Source of the DNA: the human T2T-CHM13v2.0 reference genome, Homo sapiens | NCBI RefSeq assembly: GCF_009914755.1 | Contig: NC_060929.1 | Strand: one strand, 5' to 3' | Length of the DNA stretch: 64,000 bases | In this document: positions 1 through 15,260 of the stretch, piece by piece | Layout of the letters: each line of letters begins with the position of its first letter | Numbering within the stretch: the first letter of the stretch is position 1 | Program-made: the position numbers and the translations under genes | Notes under the pieces: generated by a model | What the model was told of the DNA's origin: nothing | The model's input: only the letters and a program-made list of their open reading frames with translations | The model's database searches: none

Positions 1-643
1 TGCGTGCAAACTGGTTGAATGGTAAAGATCACTGTTTATCTCCTGTTAAGTTTTAATTAATGGGAAAAAGAATTTGTGAGGCTATACTTAAGCTATAGTG
101 AATCTGTTGTAGTCTGTGCTATGAATTTGTCTTTCTGTATTGTTCTGTCATAATGAGGGGTACTTTAGGATACAACGTGGGCTTAGGACAACTTAAAAGC
201 CCACTGTTAAGACAAACCAGCAAACTGGTCAGTCATGTCCTTGGAACATGTAACTTGTAACCATGTGGCTGTGCTTTCTTTTTTCACAATGGAGGCTGAG
301 GTTCAGGGTTCAACTCTGGCTTAGGGGATGATCCTTTATCTTCTGTCTGTCTGTGTATTTACATGTATTATATGTGTGATGTTTATATATGAAAAAGCTT
401 TAATTAATTGGTTTAATAATAATGAAAGCTTAAATCAAATATTTTGTTAGAAAAATAAAAAGTGTAATGCCTTATAGTTCATGTGACCTAAGTAATCTTT
501 GGGAAACAAAAACAGTTTTAAAGATTATTGGTAAAATAAAGACATTTGGTCTAAATTATACAGGTCAGATATTAAGTTCACTAAATGATTTAAGGTCATA
601 AACTGCTTCTATGACTTTTGGAAATTGTTCAATTTACCTACTT

Positions 644-949
644 CGTTTGTTTGTTTGTTTTTTGAGATGGAGTCTCACTCTGTTGCCCAGGCTGCAGTGC
701 AGTGGTGTGTCTCGGCTCATTGCCACCTCTGCCTTCCAGGTTCAAGCGATTCTCCTGCCTCAGTCTCCTACTGGGTAGCTTGGACTACAGGTGTGTGCCA
801 CCAGGCCTGGCTAATTTTTTTGTATTTTTAGTAGAGACAAGTTTTGGCCATGTTAGCCAGGCTGGTCTTGAACTCCTGACCACAGGTGATCCGCCTGCCT
901 CAGCCTCCCAAAGTTCTGGTGTTACAGGCATGTGCCACCACACCCGGCC
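644..949 (-). mobile_element. AluS (Sx/Sz-like) inserted in MER41-int
   Basis: Reverse-complement Alu dimer with a (TTTG)n tail. Exact TSD CAATTTACCTACTT at 630-643 and 950-963. Confidence 0.95.
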
Positions 950-1994
950 CAATTTACCTACTTTGGAGCATTAGATTCTAGATACCGCCTGGGGACATGT
1001 GGAGTTAGCCACACCCCGTAGCTATGCTGGAGAGTCAGCTTTTATCTGCACTTCTGCCTGATGTGTCCTAGGCTAGGCTCCACACCTAGTACACAATTAA
1101 AAACCCAAACTTACCAAGGTTTTCATCAAAAGTAAAAGTCGCTAAGAGTTAACAGTATAACATACAATTGAGACTACAGAAGTTTTACATACAAGGTGTC
1201 TAAGGAAAGTAGAATGTACTTTTGGTAAAGATTGTAAGAAGGCATGGGAATATGATTTTTTTTTTTTGGCCTAGATTAAAAGGTTAAAGCATTGTTTTAA
1301 GTTAGATAGAATAAAGCTAAAGATTTGAACAAGTTATGGAAGGTTTGTAAAAAATTAATTGTAAAAGAGATTCTGTGTGTGAACATATAGGCTAAAGTAA
1401 AAGGGGTATTCTTCAGTTTTTCCATAAATTAAACATTGGAACAAAAGCACAACAGGTTTTTCTTAGAGCACTTATCTGCTCTTTAACAAAAATTGTAAAG
1501 GGAATGGCATGCTTTCCTTAAGCAATTAAAACTTGACTTATAAAGCCAATAAAAGCCCTTTGGGGAACTGGCCTCATACCTTGCCTATACAGTCCCTATA
1601 TAACATTTCTGACTTGTGGTAAGTAAAGAATGTCACTTTCCAACAGGTCCAGGAGCCCCAAGTTATCTTGGGACCTCAAGAGAATGGGAATTTACTCAAT
1701 TCATAGGTATTTGAGGGTACAAACCCATGGCAGATCTTGGCCTTAAAAAAAGTCTTATCTGAGATTCCTTCTGTGGAACAGAGTTCCATCAAAGCCAATT
1801 TACAAAGAGCTTATTTGAAAAATAATTATTCTTGCTGCACTTTATACACATAACCAGGCCAAGTGTAATAAAACAAATCAGTCTTACCATTATTTATCTT
1901 TAGTAAAAATGGGAAACTGGAGAGAGAAATGTTATGTTTCAAGAACTATGGTATGCTTGTTATTAAATTCTAGTCTCATTGGTTATTTTTAAGT

Positions 1995-2423
1995 TTGTTT
2001 CTGCAATTTAAGCTAACCCTGCTTATTCCTGTGAACCAACCGGTAATCTCCGACTGTTGCTTAGAAGAAACAAAAGGGATAGGTAATGTAAATATCTGGA
2101 TGAATATTCTTATTATGGGCACATTACAATCAGCTAGCAATACCATATCAGCTTGGTTCCAGCAGTTGCCCAGTTCATGGAAAGCCTTCTTATTTAGTTT
2201 ACTTGGGATAATTTTACTTATTTTGCTTTACTCTTGTGGAATATACTGTTGTTGTACTCATTTTATAGGAACACAGAATAAGCTTACTCAATGTTTTCTT
2301 AAATTGAACTCTTCCAGCTGTCACCTCTTTTCAGAACTCAAGAGTCATGAATGGCCCCCAGCATACTGTTGCTTTCTGACTGAGCTCCTCTCTACTCTGA
2401 ACACAAGAGACCCTAATAGCTAG
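1995..2423 (+). pseudogene. env: ERV env C-terminal (TM anchor) remnant
   Basis: ORF contains SAWFQQLPSSWKAFLFSLLGIILLILLYSCGIYCCC (Trp-rich juxtamembrane segment, hydrophobic helix, Cys cluster) at the env position just upstream of the PPT. No ectodomain is recognisable. Confidence 0.5.
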
Positions 2424-2532
2424 GCAGAAATATTATCGCCCCTATTCCGCCTGAAGAAGTTACAGAAAATGGATCTTCATCCCTTTGCAACCCTTAGGAT
2501 TAAGGGTTCTCTTTTAAAAGGGAGGGGGAAAA

Positions 2533-3080
2533 TGTCAGAGGTGTGTGAATCAGAGAAACTTCATCTTAAATAGGAGCTGGGTAAAATGAGGCTGAGATCT
2601 ACTGGGCTGCATTACTAGACAGTTAAGGCATTCTAAGTTACAGAATGAGATAGGAGGTCAGCACAAGATACAAGTCATACAAACCTTGCTGATAAAACAT
2701 GTTGCAGTAAAGAAGCTGGCTAAAACCCACCAAAACCAAGATGACCACAAGAGTGACCTCTGGTCATCCTCACTACTACACTCCCACTACCAACATGACA
2801 GTTTACAAATGCCATGGCAAGTCAGGAAGTTACCTTATATGGTCTAAAAAGGGGAGACATGAATAATCCACTCCTCGTTTAGCATATCATTAAGAAATAA
2901 CCATAAAAATGGACAACCAGCAGCCCTTGGGGCTGCTCTGTCTATGGAGTAGCAATTCATTTATTCTTCTACTTTCCTAATAAACTTGCCTTCACTTTAC
3001 GGAGTTGTCATGAATTCTTTCTTGCACGAGATCCAAGAACTCTCTCTTGGGGTCTGGATCAGGACCCCTTTCCCACAACA
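2533..3080 (+). mobile_element. MER41A-type 3' LTR
   Basis: Starts TGTCAGAGG, ends GGACCCCTTTCCCACAACA. Follows the remembered MER41A consensus throughout, including AATAAA near 2979. Confidence 0.9.
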
Positions 3081-4840
3081 TTACGACAGGGCCAGGATGG
3101 GCCGCGTTGCCTCTGCCTGGTTCCTCCTGTAGGCATGAAGACCAGCAGTGGTGTATCGGGTGGCTGAGGGACTTCTGTCATCATGCTACTCTTGAGGACC
3201 TCCCACAAAACCTTGTCCCTTTCTTTGATGACTCCTACCTCTTTGAAAACTTCTTCATCAGTAACTCCTACATGTGGCCATTCAATATTTTTATCTCAGT
3301 TGATGTGGATGGCAGTGAGAAAACATTTGGTGCCTTTTGCCACTTTGGCTTCAGTGGGCTAATAAGGAGTCCAAGATGACCCTAGAAACACTGTACCTTT
3401 AGGAAAAAATGTGGGATCTACCTTTGGTGCATGAGCTGTGGGCATCCTTGGAGGAAACCTGTCATGGCTCTACCAAGGTCATGAAGATCAGAAGGTGGGA
3501 GACTCAATTGGGGAATATGAGGACCATCCAATTCCTTCCTATCAACTGAATGATTCTTTATACTCTTCATTCTTTTTTGTTTCTTGCTCACTTAACCCAC
3601 ATTTTTCTCACCCTGTCTCATGTTTTCCTTTGGCACTGTGTAGCTGCAGTGTAAAAATGCCATCGTTGAGACCTAAATTATCTCTGCCTATAATGAAGTC
3701 AACCAGACATGCACTGGGCAGTCTCCCTGGGAGTGCCTTCCTTCCACAAGGAGCCTGCCCAGAAGGGTGATATCATTGTCGAACTCAAAGTTTATTCCTA
3801 GACAGATTAACACCCCAAGTATTAAGATGCTTAATCAATCATTCTTATTTTCAGCTTTATCACAATCATCTTAGGGCCCACCACACAAACACCCTAAAAC
3901 ATATACTCCCTCGTTCCCATGCAGAAAGCCCACATGACTTTGTGCCTGTTGGAAACTGTTATTATTTTCTACATTTCAGAATGCCACTATTTTAATAATA
4001 TGTGTCTACCACTGAACTCCTTCTCAGTTTGGCTATTTTGTCATATGGGGTAGGAGAAGAAACCTAACCTAAGCCTGAGATTGATTTTCATATTTCAACC
4101 ATTGAGTCCACTTTCTAGCCCATGGCTGGAGACAGACCTGAGTGCTACATGAAAATGGGAAGAGATGTCATCTCCAAGCCTGCGGATTTCATGTTTTTAT
4201 TTCATGTGTGCACACACAATCTTCAGACTCTCAAAATCACTTAATCACTTTTGTTTTTAATGCCAGCCATCCTACATAATCTGGCCTTGCCTTGCATCAG
4301 CGACACATAAAATCCAGCCTCCCTTCAAGTTTACCCAAAATAACTGACTTCTACAGAAAAACATGAGTGAGTAATGTAGTCTCTATTAAAGACACAAAGA
4401 GTGACAAAGAGGGAGAGAGGTGCTATCAGGGCCCATAGCACGTATTTTAACACACACACCCACTCCCACCCAAGAATGCAGGAATTGTTTGTCTATCAAG
4501 TCTCTGTTGAGCAACTTAGTGCCCTGAAGCTTCTCAAATCTGCCATCTCAGTCCATGCAAGTGTCTTATTTTGCTGGTCTCTGTCTTCTAGTTTACCTTC
4601 CCCTTAGCATCCTCATCATAATTTCACCCACAATTATACAGAGTAGTTCAAATCTCCCAAGTTGCTAACTCAACCCCATTTCAATTTGGAGAGTGGGTGA
4701 AGCATTATCTTTAGCATAATCAAAGATTTTACGAGTTCTTGGCTCTTTTATGGAATGATATGTTTACTTTTTTTTTTCTCTCTTTTATACCTGTAGTTCT
4801 TTTCTCTGTGACAGTTTCCTTATTTTTGACTTTTACTTTC

Positions 4841-5162
4841 TTTTTTTCTTTTTAAATTTTGCCCTAAGTTTCAGGATACATGTGCAGAACATGAAGGTTT
4901 TTTACATAGGTATACAAGTGCCATGGTGGTTTGCTGCACCTATTTACCTACCCTCTAAGTTCCCTCCCCTCACCCTCCCACACCCCAAAAGGCTGCGGTG
5001 TGTGATGTTCCCCTCCCTGTCCATGTGTTCTCATTGTTCAGCTCCCACTTAGGAGTGATAACATGTGGTATCTGGTTTTCTATTCCTGTGTTATTTTGCT
5101 GAGGATTATGGCTTTCAGCTTCATCCATGTCCCTGCAAAGGACATGATCTCATTCCTTTTTA
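4841..5162 (-). mobile_element. 5'-truncated L1PA (about PA8-PA10) 3' end
   Basis: Reverse-complement L1PA 3'UTR (GATACATGTGCAGAAC...GGACATGATCTCATTC). TSD TTTGACTTTTACTTTC (4825-4840) / TTTGCCTTTTACTTTC (5163-5178). Confidence 0.9.
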
Positions 5163-5799
5163 TTTGCCTTTTACTTTCTAAGTTTTCACCAAAATTTCTA
5201 TTAACCTTCAAATAATTCTTAAAATTAATTAATGAGCATCTATCTATCTAGCTGGCTAGCTATGAGATTTATCTTCCTCTATTTGTCAGGCATATAACAG
5301 TTGCTACATTGACAGCTTCATTATCAGGATGATAAACTGCTGAAATCAAGCACTGTATCAAGTTCTTGCTTTAAATTCCTCAATTCCGCTCTAATTCTAA
5401 GTAATCATCCTCGATCCAGGACACCAAACCTTTCCCATGCAGGTGATAAGTCTTTAACAGAGTTGACAGATTCCTTTCTTTGCATCAGCTGAGTCTCCAT
5501 AGTCCCCTGTCCTCAAAGGACTTATTCTTCATATCCTCTCCCCATGGGAGAGGTAGGCTTCTCTCCAGGTAGGCTTTCTGTTCAGAAATTTTCCTCTGCA
5601 CATCCGGGGATCTCCATAAATTGTCATTTATGGCCTAGTTGTGGTTCCTACTGGCCCTAAAAACTCCAGGATTCTCAATGTGAAAAACATGCTTCCAAAT
5701 GTAAAGAGAGATAAACTGTAGAAAGAGAATTTCTAGGGAATACAAGATGGTATAGAAAATAGCCTAAATACCTTATTATTCAAAATAATCATGCCATAA

Positions 5800-6535
<736 letters not shown>

Positions 6536-6774
6536 AATGATTCATGACTGTCTCCTAAATTTTACCACCACTTTGAGAGTCTCTGACTTCACTACTTCCA
6601 TCATACAAGGCTCCCAGAAATGTGGTAAATCAACTGAAAATCCTATTAGGTGCTGTCCCAGCCAAAATCCCTTATCACAACTGCGGTTCCAATATTTCAT
6701 CCCATATTCATATGGGATAAATGAGATTTTTAATTCATTATTGAATTAATTTTGGTAATTTGTGTATTTTTATG

Positions 6775-7608
6775 TGTGATATTGTGAAATACATGTTTGG
6801 TCTTCAATGCTGTTTCCTGACATAAACCTCTAAAATTCTTAGACTCTTTAAAGTGATGTCATTTTGTATGCTAATGAATTGACTGGTGGATGGCAGCCCC
6901 TAGGTAGCTTCAGGATGGTGCTGGTCACAAAAGAAGACATGCTTAGATGGTTCACATTTTTAGCCTTGTCCCGACATTTAGGGAGGGAAGAGGAGCTGAA
7001 GGATTAGGCTGATCACCAATGGCCAATGGTTTAATCAATCATGCCTGCATAATGAAGCTTCCAGAATACCCAAAAGGACAAGGTTAGAAGTGCTTCTGAG
7101 ATAGTTGAACACGTGGAGGTTCCTGGAGCTTGTCATCCCTGGGGAGGGCATGGAAGCTTAGTGTCCTTTTCCCCATAGCTCACCCTATGCATTGCTTCAT
7201 CTGTATCCTTTGTAATATCCTTTATAATCAACTGGCAAACATAACTAAGTGCTTCCCTGAGTTCTGTGAGCCACTCTAGTAAATTAATTGAATCCAGAGA
7301 GAGGGTCCTGGGAGTCCCAAATTGAAGCCAGCCAGTTAGAAGTTCTGCAGCCCTAGATTTGTGACTGGTGTCTGAAGAGGGGACTGTCCTGTGGGACTGA
7401 GCCCTTACTTAGCCTGTGGGATCTTTAGCTGTCTCCAGGTGGATAGTGTCAGAATTGAGTTGGAGGACACCCAACTGGTGTCTATTGCAGAACTTATTGC
7501 TCGCTTGTTGATGGGGAGAAATCTCTACACATTTGGTCACAAAATTCCTCTGTGTTGATTGTTGAGGTGTGAAAACAGAGGAAAAACAATTTTTTTTTCC
7601 CACTCACA
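6775..7608 (+). mobile_element. MER21 (B-like) solo LTR
   Basis: Starts TGTGATATTGTGAAATA, contains GGCAGCCCCTAGGTAGCTTCAGGATGG, ends CA. Flanks TTATG / CTATG (5-bp TSD, one mismatch). Confidence 0.85.
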
Positions 7609-9076
7609 CTATGAATTTTTTCTTTTTCATAAAAGTTGTATAATTTACTGATAGGAAATTATAGTATTTCTGAAAATTATTTTAATAAATTTGGTGATAC
7701 TGCCCACTCTCATTTTTAATTTTAGAAATCTCTATCTTTTACCTTATTTACTATTTGTCAGTCTAAGTAATGAAAGACAATTAGCAAATATTTTGTTAAT
7801 TTTGTTGATATTTTCAACAAGCCAATATTTTGTTAAATTGATTTTATTTTTTAAAATTTCTATTTTATTGATTTTTGCTCTAATATTTATTACTACCTTC
7901 CATATTTTGCTTTGGCTTTAGAGTTTAGGTATTTTTTTTCTAATTTCTTAAGTTTGAAGCTTAGATTCTTGACTTATGATATTTATTCTTTCCCAATATA
8001 GGTACTTAAAGCTATACATCTTCCCTCTAAGTGCTGTTTTGATACATTATAAATTTTGATATGTTTTTACTTCCATCCACTTCAAAATATTTGCTAATTT
8101 TCTTTGTGATTTTTTTGACTTACAGGTTATTTATTTTAATTGACATGTACTAATTATACATATTTATGAGGTAGAGAGTGATGTTTTAATAAATGTATAC
8201 AATGTGTAATGATCAAATTAGGGTAATTAGCATATATATCACCTCAAATCTTTATCATTTCTTTGTGCTAGGAAAATTAAAAATCCTCTCTTCCAGCTAC
8301 TTGAAAACATACAATAAATTATTGCTAACTGTTGTCACTCCACAGTGCCACAGAGCACTAGAGCTGATCCTTCCATCTGCCTGTAATTTTGTACCCAGTA
8401 ACCAACTTCTCCATAGCCTCCTCCTCCGGCTACTCTTCCCAGGCTTTAGTAAACACAATTCTATTCTCTATATCCATAAGCTCAACTATTTTAGCTCCCA
8501 CATATGAATGAGAACATGTACTATTTATCTTTCTGTGCTTGTTTCACTTAATATAATATCCTGCAGGCTCATCCACATTGCTATAAATGAGAGGATTTGA
8601 TTTTATTTTTTATAGTGGAATAGTATTCCATTGTGCATGTGTGTATGTTTGTGTGTATAGATACATATGTGTGTGTGTATAGATACATGTATATACATTT
8701 GTTTGTCCATTCATTTGTGGATAGACACTTAGCTTGATTCTATATCTTGGCTATTGTGAATAGTGCTGTGATAAACATAGGAGTGCAGATATTTGTTTGA
8801 TATACTAATTTCCTTTCCTTTTGATAAATACCCAATAGTGGGATTGCTGAATCATATGAAAGTTCTGTTTTTAGTTTTTTGAGGAGCCGCCATACTTTCT
8901 TCCATAATAGCTGTACTAATTTACATTTTCACCAACAGTGTATAAGAGTTCCCTTTTTCACCACATCCTTGCCAGCATTTATTATTATTTTGGTCTCTTT
9001 GATAATAGCTATTCTAACTGGTGTGAGATGATATCTCATTGTGGTTTTGATTTTCATTTCTTTGTTGATTAGTGAT

Positions 9077-9515
9077 CCTGATGGTTAATATTGAGTGTCA
9101 ACTTGATTGGATTGAAGGATACAAAATATTGATTCTGGGTGTGTCTGTGAAGGTGTTGCCAAAGGAGATTAACATTTGAATCAGCGGGCTGGGAAAGGCA
9201 GACCCAGTCTTAGTCTGGGTGGGCACAATCTAATCAGCTGCCAGCATGGCTAGGATATAAGCAGGCAGCAAAATGTGAAAAGAGAGACAGGCCTAGCCTC
9301 CCAGCTTACACTTTCTCCCGTGCTGGATGCTTCCTGCTCTCAAACATCAGACTCCAAGTTCTTCAGTTTTGGAACTTGGACTGACTCTCCTTGCTCTCCA
9401 GCCTGCAGATGACCTATTATGGGACCCTGTGATCATGTGAGTTAATACTTAATAAACTTAATAAACTTAATAAAAAGTAATGTCTATTCCATTACTTCTA
9501 TCCCTGACTAATACA
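9077..9515 (+). mobile_element. MLT2A1 5' LTR
   Basis: (CC)TGATGGTTAATATTGAGTGTCAACTTGATTGGATTG...CTGACTAATACA. About 10% diverged from the 3' LTR (hand count about 31 differences in about 300 nt). Confidence 0.9.
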
Positions 9516-9520
9516 GATTT

Positions 9521-9538
9521 TGGCACCAGAAGGGCTTC
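9521..9538 (+). promoter_or_regulatory. Primer-binding site (HERV-L, tRNA-Leu type, degenerate)
   Basis: TGGCACCAGAAGGGCTTC, 5 nt after the 5' LTR end, at the position of the HERV-L PBS. Confidence 0.7.
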
Positions 9539-9559
9539 TAGAGGAGCAGAATATTAAAG

Positions 9560-11260
9560 ATGGAGCTCTTTTGTTGGTTTGGAAGTTTCTGGAGTTGGGT
9601 GCTTAATATAATTAGACCCCAAAATGCTAAGGACTCTACTTCTAATAGTATGGAGAACATTGATAGTCCTTGGCATGAAATGTTTAGTGAGTTATGAAAA
9701 TAAATGCATTTGACACTCCTGATTCACTGCCCATGAGAGGCAAGGAGTTTAGTGACTCTATACATAACACCTTTGACCATATGTGGAGAACCAAGGAACA
9801 TGATGAAGTTGATTGGTTGCTCCTAAGTGCAGTGGACAAAGTGATGAAAGAAATGATGAATTCAGAGATTCTATCTCCTGGCTTCAGAAGCAGATACTGA
9901 GTCTCAAATCTGCTAAGATTGCTCTGAATGAGAGTCTTCTGTAGAGAAAGAGCTGAAATTGTGGAAAAACAGACATAAGCTCTTATCATGTGAGTGGCTG
10001 ACCTGCAATGAAAGGTGCATGCACAGACTTGCCAGGTGTCTACTGTTAAAGTGAGGGCATTGATTGGAAAAGAATGGGACCCTGAAACTTGGAATGGGGA
10101 CATAAGGGAGGGCTCTGATGAAGCTGGAAACACTGAGTTTGTAAACGCTGATGAACCTTATTATTATTATTATTATTATTATTTCCAGAATAAACAGCTT
10201 CCCCATCCTCAGCAGTAGCAACATCCTCTCCCTGACTCATGCTGCAATCAGCCTTTCCACTTTTGCCTGAGGAGATAAACCCTGAGCTGCCTGAGGTAAC
10301 AATGATGGCCTCCCATGAGGCAGTTGCCAGGCAAGATAATGTTGATTCTCCTCAGGACAAGCCACCAACACCCCTGTTTGCTTCTAGACCTATAACTAAA
10401 GTCCTGGTGGGCCTCTAAAGGTGAAGTTGAGAGGGTGACCCATAAGGAGGTGTGCTACACTTGAAAAGAACTGCTTGACTTTTCTAATTTATAAAAACAG
10501 AAATCTGGAGAACAGGCATGGAAATGAATATTAGGGGTGTGGGATAATGGTTGAAGAAACACAGATTTGGATCAGGCTCAATTTATTGATTTGGGCTTAT
10601 TAAGTAGGGATTCTGCATTTAATGTTGCAGCTCGGGGAGTTAAAAAATGTTCTAATAGTTTATTTACTTGGTTAGCTGAAATATGGATTAAAAGATGCCC
10701 CCCTGTGAGTGAGTTGAAAATGCCTGTTCTCCCTTGGTTTAATGTGGAGGAGACTGGGATGGTGGAGTGAATTAGTCATTTTAGACTTACTCATCCCATC
10801 TAGGGGGGTCCAGAAGATATACCCTTGACCAATGCCTTGTGAAATAGATTTGTGAGGGCAGCACCTGAATATTTGAAAAGCCCTGTAATTGCTCTTCTCT
10901 CTATGTCAGATCTAACACTGGAAACACAGTCACTCAACTACAACATTTAAATACAGTGGGAATAATTGGATTCTTTGGGGGCAGGGGCCAAGTGGTAGCA
11001 CTAAACTATCAAAGGCAAAATGGGTATAGCTACCATAATGGAAAGCAGAGGCAGAGAAGCAATCACACTAGTCTGACTCGGGTAGAGCCTTGGCATTGCC
11101 TAATTAATCATGATGTTCTTAGAAGTGAAATTGATAGGAAGCCTACTGCATTCCTACTTATAGTACACAAATAATACTTCTATGTTGAATGGACAAAAGA
11201 CTAATTTGAATTTTAAAAACAAAGAATCACGGCCCCTCAATTGATTCCGGATTTGAGCCA
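9560..11260 (+). pseudogene. gag: HERV-L gag, multiply disrupted
   Basis: Fragments KINAFDTPDSLPMRGKEFSDSIHNTF, VKVRALIGKEWDPETWNGD and DQAQFIDLGLLSRDSAFNVAARG. Many stops and frameshifts; (TTA)n expansion at about 10158-10182. Confidence 0.85.
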
Positions 11261-11369
11261 GTTTACTGGCCCAGAACCCCTTGAATAAAGGGGAGGCCAG
11301 GTCCCCTTGAGGAAGGACTCCACTACATTGCCGACAATTGTAGTGAATCTTTCTCCCATCCTTCCCCAA

Positions 11370-14880
<3,511 letters not shown>

Positions 14881-15260
14881 ACCATGCTTTGTGATTAAGG
14901 TCAATGGGAAACTACAATAGCCCAATCCAGGCAGGACTACAAATGACTCAGACCCTTCAGGAATGAAGGTTTGTGTTACTCCACCAAGGAAAATCTATGA
15001 CCTGCTGAGGTGCTTGCTGAAGGTAAAAGGAATACAGAATGGGTAGTAGAAGAAGGTAGTCATTAATACCAGCTATGACCATGTGACCAGCTGCAGAAAT
15101 GAGGATTGAAATTGTCATGAGTATTTCCTCCTCTTTTGTTAAAAACATATTTGTGCATGTATACACTTGGACTAATAAAAGATCTTCATTTAATTTCCTT
15201 TCTGCTTTACCATGTGACATAAGATTTATTGACTTCATATCAGCATTTAAATATTGTTAA

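Larger units (their letters stand above)
1..2532 (+). mobile_element. ERV1-class internal region (MER41-int-like), 3' part; the 5' end lies outside the window
   Basis: AT-rich ERV internal sequence ending in a polypurine tract (AAAAGGGAGGGGGAAAA, 2516-2532) directly before the TG start of a MER41 LTR. Env-like TM remnant at about 2130-2310. Confidence 0.8.

Noticed and set aside
2533-3080. MER41 LTR as an interferon-inducible (STAT1) enhancer
   Set aside because: The copy follows the MER41A type, reported to lack the tandem GAS sites of MER41B, and I could not point to an intact tandem GAS motif here.
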